From: a virus
Taxonomy: Duplodnaviria > Caudoviricetes
Strand: one strand, 5' to 3'
Virus record (IMG/VR): IMGVR_UViG_3300034523_000162
Coordinates: 1,842-65,841 of that record
DNA length: 64,000 nt
Positions 19,680-28,226 of the stretch are shown here, in pieces. The notes beneath the pieces are model-generated. The model was not told where the DNA came from. It was given only the letters and a program-made list of their open reading frames with translations, and did not search any database. Position 1 is the first letter of the stretch. The number at the start of each line of letters is the position of its first letter. The position numbers were made by a program, and so were the translations under genes.

Positions 19680-20398
19680 CAGCCGTTCAACTCGGCGGCG
19701 CGGGCGATGGCTTCGGCCTTGGCGGCTGGCTCGCCGACAGGCTCTTTGGTGGTGCTGTCGATGACGTACCAGCGGCCGGCGCCACGGTGCTCGGCGTGGT
19801 AGCGGGGCGCAACCTTCAGCTCGGCCAGGGCGGCCGCGTTCGGCGTCACCACGGGCGCTGCCGGGGCCGCCTGCGCGCCTTCCAGGATAGGGCCAGGGGT
19901 AGGGCCGTCTACGGGCGGAATCGTGACGTCATCGCCGTCCTGGGGGATTTCCAGCGGGATGGCGGTGATTGCCGCGACCAGGTCTTCCAGTGGCAGCAGG
20001 GCGGCGCCCTCGATCTCCAGGTCAAGGCCGAGGCGGCGCAGCTCCTCCTCGGGCAGCTGGGCCAGGGTCATGCCCTCCCCCAGGCTGTTGATGACGCCGA
20101 CCAGGTGGCCGGTGCGGGTGTCGGTTTCGTCGGCCGCTGGCGGCTCGATCGGCTCCTGGACTGGGGCCTGGATCTGCTCGGCCACGGTCACGCCGCGTAC
20201 CAGCGGGTAGCCGTTTTCGTCCAGGCACGCGTCGATGCGGCGGCCTTCGTACAGCTGGCGCAGGCGCGGCAGCAGGATACCGTCGGTTTCGACGGGGTCA
20301 CCGGCCTTGTGCTCGGTGCCGTTGAGGATCAGCGCGCGGGTGGCGATGAACAGGAAACTGGGGCTAAACGGGGGGCGTTTGTAGCGGTTATCGGCCAT
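19679..20398 (-). CDS. Hypothetical protein after the capsid gene
   Basis: AAGGAGG RBS; codon usage like neighbours. Confidence 0.7.
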   Translation of the reverse strand: MADNRYKRPPFSPSFLFIATRALILNGTEHKAGDPVETDGILLPRLRQLYEGRRIDACLDENGYPLVRGVTVAEQIQAPVQEPIEPPAADETDTRTGHLVGVINSLGEGMTLAQLPEEELRRLGLDLEIEGAALLPLEDLVAAITAIPLEIPQDGDDVTIPPVDGPTPGPILEGAQAAPAAPVVTPNAAALAELKVAPRYHAEHRGAGRWYVIDSTTKEPVGEPAAKAEAIARAAELNG

Positions 20399-20415
20399 GG
20401 GGGCCTCCTTTCGTC

Positions 20416-20445
20416 AAAGGGAAAGGGGCGCCGTAGCGCCCCCTG
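20416..20445 (-). terminator. Intrinsic terminator after the major capsid gene
   Basis: GGGGCGC-TACG-GCGCCCC followed by TTTCCCTTT. Confidence 0.6.
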
Positions 20446-20448
20446 CCG

Positions 20449-21441
20449 TTAGGCCATGTCTTGCAGGAAGTAGCCGAGGTCCTGGCCGACGATCTGCATG
20501 TCGAACGCCATGGAGATCTCGACGCGGTCGGATTCCAGCGTCTCGACGCGGAACTGCTTGATGCGGTTGCCCATCGGGCCGCTGCCGCTCTGGCCGGTCC
20601 AGGAGAAGGTGTAACCCGCCGTCGGGGTCATCAGGCCTGGCTCCGGGGTGACGTAGGTGAACAGGCAGTGGTTGCCGCCGATGAACTTGTGTACCGGCGG
20701 CTTGCCTTCCGGTGCGATGTTCTCGATGGCGTTCATCACCAGGATCTGGTCGATCTCGAACAGCGCGGCGATCGCCTCGCGGGTGATGTTGGCCGGGTTG
20801 CTGTTGCTGTTGCCGCCGGCGAACTTCACGCGGTCGATCAGGTCCGGGTGATCCTTCAGGGCGTCCCAAACGCGACGGCCGATGGTGATCTTGTTCGGCT
20901 CATAGCCAGTGTCTTCGGCCATGTCGGCCTTGATCTGGCGCACCACGGCGATCGGGTCCGAGTTGGCGTCGGTCCACTTGAGCACCTGGCTGCCCGACGG
21001 GTTGGAGGCCACGCCTACCTTGCCCTGGGTCCACACGCCTGCCTTGAAGTAGGTGTTGGCCCACAGCTTTTCGCGCTTGATCAGCGCCTTTTGGGTGACG
21101 AAGACGGTGGCGTCGCGGTCGACGTTGATCTGTACGTCGGCGTTGTCGCGGACCTGGTCAGGGATGTCCTTGTGGAACGAGTACACGCGGCAGAAGTAGG
21201 CCGGCGCGGTGTCGATGTTGTAGCCGCCGCCCTTCGATTCGGTACCGGGGGCGCGCTGCTCCATCTCGTCGCGGTTGAACTCGCCGCGATCGTAGCGGTA
21301 GTAGATGTCCGAACGGTTGGTGCTGGGGATGTTCGGGAACACCTTGGTGGCGATGAAGTTCTCGGCCTTCTGCATGTAGGCGATCGAGATGTTGGTCAAC
21401 GGCTTGTTTACATGCACGTTGTTGCTGGTAGGTCCTGCCAT
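20449..21441 (-). CDS. Major capsid protein
   Basis: 330 aa after scaffold and decoration genes; PLTNISIAY..FIATKVFP, PTAGYTFSW. Confidence 0.85.
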   Translation of the reverse strand: MAGPTSNNVHVNKPLTNISIAYMQKAENFIATKVFPNIPSTNRSDIYYRYDRGEFNRDEMEQRAPGTESKGGGYNIDTAPAYFCRVYSFHKDIPDQVRDNADVQINVDRDATVFVTQKALIKREKLWANTYFKAGVWTQGKVGVASNPSGSQVLKWTDANSDPIAVVRQIKADMAEDTGYEPNKITIGRRVWDALKDHPDLIDRVKFAGGNSNSNPANITREAIAALFEIDQILVMNAIENIAPEGKPPVHKFIGGNHCLFTYVTPEPGLMTPTAGYTFSWTGQSGSGPMGNRIKQFRVETLESDRVEISMAFDMQIVGQDLGYFLQDMA

Positions 21442-21463
21442 GGTGACTCCTTAACCTGTTGGG

Positions 21464-21835
21464 TTAGACGACCGCAGGGGCGCCTTTCTGGAAGATGCTG
21501 ATGACTTCGCCGGCGGCGGCGGCCGCGATCATGGCGGTGCCCAGGACGGCGTTGCCGGTGGTGGCGGTGACCGCGCGGCCCTGGTTGTCGGTGGTGATCT
21601 TCGCGTCGACGTTGATGGCGGCGCCGGCGATGATCTTGGTGACGCTGCCGTCAACCGAAACGGCGGCGGCTTCGTCGATGATTGGCTGGTTTTGCACCAC
21701 GCCCAAGGCGGCCTCGCCGGCGGTGGTGCAGCGCACGACCTTGCCGCCCGACGCCTTGACGAAGCGGTATTGCGAGGCGGTCAGGTCTTCCCCGGCCACC
21801 CGGCTCATGCACTTCACGTTTTCTTCATATGCCAT
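21464..21835 (-). CDS. Capsid decoration/cement protein (DUF2190-like)
   Basis: YRFVK..ALGVVQN..ITTDNQGRAV..AAAAGEVI. Confidence 0.8.
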   Translation of the reverse strand: MAYEENVKCMSRVAGEDLTASQYRFVKASGGKVVRCTTAGEAALGVVQNQPIIDEAAAVSVDGSVTKIIAGAAINVDAKITTDNQGRAVTATTGNAVLGTAMIAAAAAGEVISIFQKGAPAVV

Positions 21836-21889
21836 TTGCGTTTCCTCGACTGATGGCTGGGGGTGGCCGCCGGTGGACGGCCGGTACGG

Positions 21890-22738
21890 TTAGCGGGCGT
21901 TGCGTTCGGCGATGTACGCCTCGTACAGCTCTGGCTGTTGCATCAGGACTTGGGCCTCGGCTTCCTCGGGGGACAGCGAGCTGTCGGCCTTGCGCAGCTC
22001 GACCACGGCGCTGGCAATGCGCGCTTCGGCGTCGCCGCCGCCTTCGATGTGGCCTTTGCCAATCACGGTGGTGCGGTCTTTGCCGCCCTTGCCGGTGCCC
22101 TGGTCGCCGGCGCCGGTGGTGATGGCGTCCTGGGCGGCTTTAAACAGGCGCTCCAGCTCCTCGCCGTCAGCCTTGGTGGTCATGCCCTTCTCGACGCGCA
22201 TCAGCAGCGGGCCCAGCTTGTCGGCGCTGGTCGGCAGCTGGTCGAAGGCCTCGGCCTTGGCGATGAACGCCGCGACCGCCTTCTCGTCGGCCTGCTTGGC
22301 GATCAGCGCCTCGGCGGCGTCGACGCGGGTCTGCATGGCCTTGAACATCTTGGCCACCGGCTCTGGCAGCTCGCCCAGGGCCTTGGTGATGTCGTCGACT
22401 GGCTCACCGCCGGCGTTTTTGGCGATGGTCGCCTTCGCTTCGTCCAGCTGGGTGGTCAGGGCGGCGACTTGACCGGCGAGCTGGTCGTTTTTGGTGACCA
22501 GCTCCTCGTTGGCCAGGGTCAGCTCGCCCAGGGCCTCCTCGGCCTTGGTGACGGCTTCGGTCAGGGCATTCAGCTCGGCCTGGGTGGGTTCTTTCGGCAT
22601 TGGTTCGTCCTCGGTGTCATCGCGCTTGAACAAAAGGACCGCGCTGCCCTGGTTGGCACCGCGATCGACTAGGGAAATCTCGCCAAGCACCACGTTGTGC
22701 AGCGTGGTTTTCTTGGTTTTCTTTGCTGGGGCGGTCAT
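21890..22738 (-). CDS. Scaffold protein with an N-terminal protease-fold fragment
   Basis: EISLVDRGAN near the N-terminus, coiled coil, C-terminal PELYEAY. Confidence 0.75.
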   Translation of the reverse strand: MTAPAKKTKKTTLHNVVLGEISLVDRGANQGSAVLLFKRDDTEDEPMPKEPTQAELNALTEAVTKAEEALGELTLANEELVTKNDQLAGQVAALTTQLDEAKATIAKNAGGEPVDDITKALGELPEPVAKMFKAMQTRVDAAEALIAKQADEKAVAAFIAKAEAFDQLPTSADKLGPLLMRVEKGMTTKADGEELERLFKAAQDAITTGAGDQGTGKGGKDRTTVIGKGHIEGGGDAEARIASAVVELRKADSSLSPEEAEAQVLMQQPELYEAYIAERNAR

Positions 22739-23139
22739 TGCTGGTCCTCGTAATCGCGGCGGATGCCCTTACCGCCGATGCTGAAAGCGGCCAGGCTGCC
22801 GTTGCGAACGCGGGCCTTGATGCCTTCGTCGTGCAGCTTCATGCCGATGAACCACCCGGCTTTGCCCAGGTCGATGCCCAGGGCCTTCTGGATGTCGCGG
22901 GTCAGGACGATGCTCTCGACCACCTCGCCGACCGGCTGGCCGCCGTGCATGACCTTGGCGACGCGGGCCTCGCTCACGTAGCGGTGCGCCATCTTGCGCA
23001 CCTCGGTTTCGTCGATTGCGTCGTTCTGCCGGTCCCACACCAGTTGGCCGGCCTCCTCGTACACGGTCACGAAGCCGTAAACCACGCCCTCGTCCTCGTC
23101 GAACTTGGCGATTTCTGCCTGGTACTGGTATGAATCCAT
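22735..23139 (-). CDS. XkdF-like prohead serine protease
   Basis: VVYGFV..DRQNDAI..KVMH..VVES..GWFIGMK..AFSIGG. Confidence 0.85.
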   Translation of the reverse strand: MDSYQYQAEIAKFDEDEGVVYGFVTVYEEAGQLVWDRQNDAIDETEVRKMAHRYVSEARVAKVMHGGQPVGEVVESIVLTRDIQKALGIDLGKAGWFIGMKLHDEGIKARVRNGSLAAFSIGGKGIRRDYEDQQ

Positions 23140-23163
23140 AAAGCCACCTTTTCAGCCGGACGC

Positions 23164-23194
23164 AAAAAGGCCGGCGGTTGTAAATCCGTCGGCC
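23164..23194 (-). terminator. Terminator-like hairpin after the effector/partner pair
   Basis: GGCCGACGG-loop-CCGCCGGCC followed by TTTTT (one mismatch). Confidence 0.5.
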
Positions 23195-23234
23195 ATCCAG
23201 GGTTAAGGGGTCGTTGTGGGTGTTGCGGTGTCGC

Positions 23235-23765
23235 TTAGGCTTCGGGGTCGGCGTCGCTCTCGTCGTCGAGCCCGGTGGCCTCGTATTCGTGGTAGGGGAT
23301 GCCCATCAGCAGGGCTGCGGCGCTGTCGAGGCTCCCGTCGATCGCTGCTCGCGCGGTGTCCTCGCCTTCACCGTCATCGAGCAGCCGGGCGGCCGCGTAC
23401 ATGTCCTGGATAACCAGGATGAAAAGGGTTGCCAGGCGCTGGACCGGGTCGGCCTCGCCGATGTTGGCCTGCGCTGCGACAAAGTCGTCGATCTTGCCGG
23501 GCTCATTCCAGCCCTGGACGACGTTGTATTCGTCGTTCTGGCCCAGGAACACCTTAGCCAGGGCCGTGGCCTCGGCGACGTCGGCGGCGCTGACGGCCTC
23601 CTGGTCAATCTCCCCGCTGGAGAACTTGACCAGGCGGTTAAGCGCCTCGCTGCCCAGGTCGCCGACCAGGTCGCGCACAACGGCCTGGTCGCCAAGGTAC
23701 GGCTTGCCGTCCTTTTCCGCAGCGGCGATCGACAGGTCTAGCGTGTGGTCGGTTTTGTTAAGCAT
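23235..23765 (-). CDS. Acidic helical hypothetical protein (candidate partner/immunity protein)
   Basis: AGGAG RBS before ATG 23765; very D/E-rich; directly downstream of the ART-containing gene. Confidence 0.7.
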   Translation of the reverse strand: MLNKTDHTLDLSIAAAEKDGKPYLGDQAVVRDLVGDLGSEALNRLVKFSSGEIDQEAVSAADVAEATALAKVFLGQNDEYNVVQGWNEPGKIDDFVAAQANIGEADPVQRLATLFILVIQDMYAAARLLDDGEGEDTARAAIDGSLDSAAALLMGIPYHEYEATGLDDESDADPEA

Positions 23766-23821
23766 GACGTCTCCTATTGCCCTGAATCCTAAGCCCCACA
23801 CGCCGCGCCATCAAATCTGCC

Positions 23822-26800
23822 TCAACTGTTCGGCAATAGGGTCACGTCGACGACGATCTGGCTGGTGGAGCCATACCCGTCGCTCTGGCCGCCGTGGTGG
23901 ACGGCGGTGACCACCATCCGCTGGTTGGCCGGCAGCAGCACTTCCAGCTCCCCGGGGTGCTTGCTGATGGTTTCGCCCTTGGGCGTGCTCGATCCGGTAC
24001 CGGCATACAGACCTTTGACGCCGTCGCCGGCGGTCATGCGGAAATGTACGTTTCCGCCCCAAACCTTCGGGCTGATCGAGGTCGAGCTGATGCCGAATTC
24101 CTGGATGATCTTGCCCGATCCCGACTTGACGATCTGGTCCACCATGGCCGCGCTCATATTGACCTTGCGGCTCAGCACCGTGCCGGGCTTGAGCGTCACG
24201 CCCGCATCCAGGATGCCCTGGTGGGCGTCCAGCGCCTGCTTGCTTGGCTTGCCGGAGCGGAAACTGGCGTTGATGTCGTGGTAAGCGGCGCCGGTGTAGG
24301 CGCGCACGGCGTTCTGCTTGGTGGAGTCCAGCTTGGCAAAGTTGGCCGACGATTGGGCCGCGTAGGTGCCCTGGGTAAGGCCTGCGCCGTGCTTGAGGGT
24401 CTGCGGCACCGCCGCATGGCTGGCGCCCTCGGCCTTGCCCAGCACCGGATACAGCGCCAGCTTGGCCAGGACCTGCTGGGGGCTTTTCAGCGGCTTGGCC
24501 TGCTCGGCCAGGGCCTTGATGGCCTGCGCCATGGTCTTGCCGCTGCCGACGTCGATCGACTTGAGAGGTGGCGGCGGATTCAGCTGGAGGTTTACGTCCT
24601 CGATGACCTGCTGCAGGTAGCTCGCAACGTGCTTCGACGGCGACTGCGGCTGGTAAGCCTTGAGCGCCTGCAGGTTGCCGGCGACGGCCATGGAGTGGAT
24701 CGCGCCGACCTCGTCCTGGTTGGCCTTGTTGTTCTCCGCCTTCGACGACAGCCCCTTGCCGGCGCCGTTCCAGTTGTGGAAGTCCGGCGCTTCGGTCAGG
24801 CGCTTGGGGTCGATCTTGACTGCGCCCTTGGTGGCGGCCTTGGCCTTGGCGCTGACGGCCGCTGCGGCGGCGGTGGCTTCCTGGGCGGCCCCTGCCAGGG
24901 TCTTCGGCTTGCCGGCGGCCGCCTTGACCGCTGCCGGGGTGATGTCGGCGCCGCCGATCGCCGCCAGGGTGTCGGCCTTGTACGCGGCGGCTTTCTTGCC
25001 GTAGGTGTTGCTGCCGAAGGTGATGGCGGCCAGCTGGGCCTCGGCGTCGGCCTTGGATAGCTTACCGGCGTGGAAACCGGCGCCGATCGCCTCGACCTGG
25101 TCGACCTTGGCCAGCAGGGTCTTGTTGGGGTTGGCGGCCGACGACAGCGCCGCCGTGGCGGGCTTGCTCGGCATCGCCGGCGCGACCTTTGGCACGCTGG
25201 TGGTGGCGACGGCGGCGGCCGTGGCGCTTTCAACGGCGGCGGTGGCCTTTGCTCGAGCACTGGTCGGCGTCGGCATCTGCCCGGCCGCGTAGGCCATGAA
25301 CTTGACCATATTCGCCTTGTTGTTGGGCGATTTGGCGGTGCTCATCTTGTCCTGGACGTCGTTGATGATCTTCTGTGCGTGCTCGGTGTCGCCGGCGGCG
25401 AGTGCGTCGTCGAGCGCCTTGGTGGTTTTGTTCCAGAAGACGAGCCCGGTGGGTGCGGTGGCGGTGTAGTTGGGCTTTTTGGCTGCCGGCTTGGCCGCTG
25501 CGGCGGCGCTGGTGGCGGCCTGGACGGCGGCGGTGGCCTTCACCCGGGCGGCGCCGCCTTGTTTCAGGGCGCCGGCCAGGTTGCCGATCGACTCGTACTG
25601 GGCCATGTCCACCGCTCGATCGCCCAGGGTGTCCATCAGGCCGGTCATAAACGACTGAATCTTGTCTGCCGGCTGGCCGGCCATGCCTTTCAGCTCGGTG
25701 TGCTTCTGCGCCCACCACTGAGACGAGTTGACCTTGGCGCCAGCGGCTGCCGGCGTCGCCCCGGGCTGCGCGGCCACCCAGTTAGCGAGGGTCTTGAGGT
25801 TGTTGGCCTCGGTGACGCTGTTCCCCGGGCCCAGGCCCTTAAGGTACGCCTCGGCCGAGGCCGCCCCGCCTTGTTTCATCTTCGTCTCGATGGCGGCCAT
25901 GTGCGCCACGCCGATCGTCTTTTGGTACGACGAGCCCTCGAAGTCCTTTGATTTCAGCGCGGCAGGTGCGCCCGTCGGCGCCGGCGGGATGGCAAAGGAG
26001 GCCGGAGCCTCGGCGGCCTTGACCTTCACTGGGGCGGTGGCCGGCTTCGCGGCAGCCTTGGCCTGCGCGGCGGCGGCCTTTGCGCCGACTGCGCTGCCGC
26101 CGCCGGCGACCAGGGCCTCGTTGAACGCCGTGGGGTTGGCCTCGTAACCCTTGAGCATGATCGCTTCCTTGCGCGCGATCAGGGTTTCGGCCAGCTCGGC
26201 CTTGCCCTTGGCGTCGCCCGGGCCGTGCTTGTCGACCAGCTGCTTGATGGTGGCGTCGCTGATCGAATCCAGGCGGGCCGCGCTCTGCGCCAGCTGGGTG
26301 GAGGTCATGCCGGCGAACACAGCCGCCGACTGGGGGTTGCTCTTGGCGTCGCGCAGGGTGTCCCACTCGTTCGCGTGCTTGTTGAACGCGGCGCCCTTGG
26401 GAGCGCCCTGGGCGCGGTACAGCAGCGCCCCGCCCGGGTCGATGCGCGAGGCCGTGCCGTTGCCGGTGACGGCGATGTTGTCGAAGCCCAGGCCGACGGC
26501 GTCCCAGTTGGCCAGCCAGGCGTCGACCGCGAAGTGCTTCTGTGCCTGGGCGATGTTCTGCGGGCTGGCGTTCACCTTCTCCAGCGGGCCGTCCAGCATG
26601 CGGCTGGCCACGCCGGTACCGCCGCCGTGCTCGGTGCCCAGGTCGACCGGGCGCATTTCCGGGGCGTGGGCGCCGGCGGCGTTGTACAGCCGCGACGCCA
26701 GCACCTCGTTGTGCGCCATGTCGGGGTTGCCCTTGGTGCCCTTGACCAGCCACTTGGCGCCGCTGGCGTCGGTGTAGATGGCGCCCGGGTTGGAGCCGCC

Positions 26801-28216
26801 GGGCTTGGGCGCGGAGTACTTCAGGTCGCTGACCTTCATCGGCCCGCGTGGCGAGGCCTTGCCGCCGGTACCGGGCGTGGTGCCGGCACTGGACAGGCCC
26901 TGGGCGTGGCCCACGGCCTTCTGCCACTCGTTCCACACGCCTTTCTGGTACGGGTTGGCGCCCTTCCCGGGCTCGGTGGGCTTGATGGCGTGCAGGCCGA
27001 CCAGGTCGCCGTCGTTGGCCATGGCGGCGATCGCCTGGATTTTCTTGTTGGCCGACTTGAGGGCGCTGTTGTCCGGGTTCTTGCCGGTGAGCATGGTGGG
27101 CGCGAAGGCCCCCAGCTGCGCCTTGGCGCCGGCGATCGCCTGGGCGGCGGTGACGGCCTCGGCCCCGGGCTTGGCGGCCGCTCCCACAGCACCTGGTGCG
27201 GCGCTGGCCATGGCTGCGCCTCCCTTGGGCTTGAACTGGCCCCCGCGCGGGTCGCCCTTCGGGTAGCGGGCCTGCTTGGCGTTGCCGCCCTTCCCCTTGC
27301 CCTTGCCGTCGCGCTTGAGCAGCTCGGCGACGAAGTCGGCGATGCGGGTGGCGCGCTCGGCCTCGGCCTTGGCCAGCGGCCCGGACAGCAGGTCGATGGC
27401 GATCTGCTTGTCACGCATGCGGTTGAGGTGCTTGCCCAGCTGCATCGGCGGTACCAGCTTCACGCCCTGGGTTTCCCAGCCTGCGTCGGCCGGGGTGCCG
27501 CCCACGCGCTTGGCGGTGTAGTACCGCGCGACGCTGGTGTCGCCCTCGTAATCGCCCAGGATGCCGGTGATCTCGACCTTTAGGCCGCTCTCCTCCCACG
27601 CTTCCTTGATGGCGTTGGCCTGCAGGCGCTTGATGCCCGGCTCGGCGCCGCCCTTGGGGAAGGTGTGCTCATACCCGCCGAAGTGGTTGGTCGGCTCGAC
27701 GACCCACACGCGGCCATCGGGCTCCTGGATGACCACGCCGGCGCCGGGGCGCTTGGGGTTGCCCTGGTAGTCGAACTTCTGCGGCAGGGGCGGCTCTTTG
27801 CCCGGCATCTGGCCCGCCACGGCGTTCCAGCCTGCCTTGGTGGTCGGCGGGGTCCAGGGGGTGAACGGGACGCCGTTCAGCGCCTTCGGTACCGAGCTGC
27901 CCGGGGCGAAGGTGGCCACCGCCTTGCGGTCTATCCAGGTGGCGCGCGGGCTCGGGGCGGTGGGGAAATGCACGGTGACGGGGTTGCCGGCGTCGTCTGC
28001 CTTGGGGTGTGGCGCGGCATTCAGGGTCGCGCCCAGCGCTTCCTTGGCTTGCGCCAGGGCCTGCTGGGCGGTGTGCACGGGGCTGGAGCCGAAGCCGCCC
28101 CCGCCGCCCTTGGGCTTGAACTGGCCACCCTTGGGGCTGCCCTTGGGGAATCGGGGCTGTTTGGCCCCCTTGGTGACAGCTTCTAAGCGTTCCAGCAGTT
28201 CGGCGACAGACGCCAT
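23822..28216 (-). CDS. Multi-enzyme head-module protein: Nudix hydrolase + HipA/PI3K-like kinase + VIP2-type ADP-ribosyltransferase
   Basis: Nudix box PKGGAEPGIKRLQANAIKEAWEESGL; kinase GSNPG..LVK..NEVLA..DAWLANWD..DN..RIDPG; ART YT..Y..IN..LSR..SSTS..ELEVLL. GAGGGGGAG RBS before ATG 28216. Confidence 0.85.
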   Translation of the reverse strand: MASVAELLERLEAVTKGAKQPRFPKGSPKGGQFKPKGGGGGFGSSPVHTAQQALAQAKEALGATLNAAPHPKADDAGNPVTVHFPTAPSPRATWIDRKAVATFAPGSSVPKALNGVPFTPWTPPTTKAGWNAVAGQMPGKEPPLPQKFDYQGNPKRPGAGVVIQEPDGRVWVVEPTNHFGGYEHTFPKGGAEPGIKRLQANAIKEAWEESGLKVEITGILGDYEGDTSVARYYTAKRVGGTPADAGWETQGVKLVPPMQLGKHLNRMRDKQIAIDLLSGPLAKAEAERATRIADFVAELLKRDGKGKGKGGNAKQARYPKGDPRGGQFKPKGGAAMASAAPGAVGAAAKPGAEAVTAAQAIAGAKAQLGAFAPTMLTGKNPDNSALKSANKKIQAIAAMANDGDLVGLHAIKPTEPGKGANPYQKGVWNEWQKAVGHAQGLSSAGTTPGTGGKASPRGPMKVSDLKYSAPKPGGSNPGAIYTDASGAKWLVKGTKGNPDMAHNEVLASRLYNAAGAHAPEMRPVDLGTEHGGGTGVASRMLDGPLEKVNASPQNIAQAQKHFAVDAWLANWDAVGLGFDNIAVTGNGTASRIDPGGALLYRAQGAPKGAAFNKHANEWDTLRDAKSNPQSAAVFAGMTSTQLAQSAARLDSISDATIKQLVDKHGPGDAKGKAELAETLIARKEAIMLKGYEANPTAFNEALVAGGGSAVGAKAAAAQAKAAAKPATAPVKVKAAEAPASFAIPPAPTGAPAALKSKDFEGSSYQKTIGVAHMAAIETKMKQGGAASAEAYLKGLGPGNSVTEANNLKTLANWVAAQPGATPAAAGAKVNSSQWWAQKHTELKGMAGQPADKIQSFMTGLMDTLGDRAVDMAQYESIGNLAGALKQGGAARVKATAAVQAATSAAAAAKPAAKKPNYTATAPTGLVFWNKTTKALDDALAAGDTEHAQKIINDVQDKMSTAKSPNNKANMVKFMAYAAGQMPTPTSARAKATAAVESATAAAVATTSVPKVAPAMPSKPATAALSSAANPNKTLLAKVDQVEAIGAGFHAGKLSKADAEAQLAAITFGSNTYGKKAAAYKADTLAAIGGADITPAAVKAAAGKPKTLAGAAQEATAAAAAVSAKAKAATKGAVKIDPKRLTEAPDFHNWNGAGKGLSSKAENNKANQDEVGAIHSMAVAGNLQALKAYQPQSPSKHVASYLQQVIEDVNLQLNPPPPLKSIDVGSGKTMAQAIKALAEQAKPLKSPQQVLAKLALYPVLGKAEGASHAAVPQTLKHGAGLTQGTYAAQSSANFAKLDSTKQNAVRAYTGAAYHDINASFRSGKPSKQALDAHQGILDAGVTLKPGTVLSRKVNMSAAMVDQIVKSGSGKIIQEFGISSTSISPKVWGGNVHFRMTAGDGVKGLYAGTGSSTPKGETISKHPGELEVLLPANQRMVVTAVHHGGQSDGYGSTSQIVVDVTLLPNS

Positions 28217-28226
28217 TGGCTCCCCC

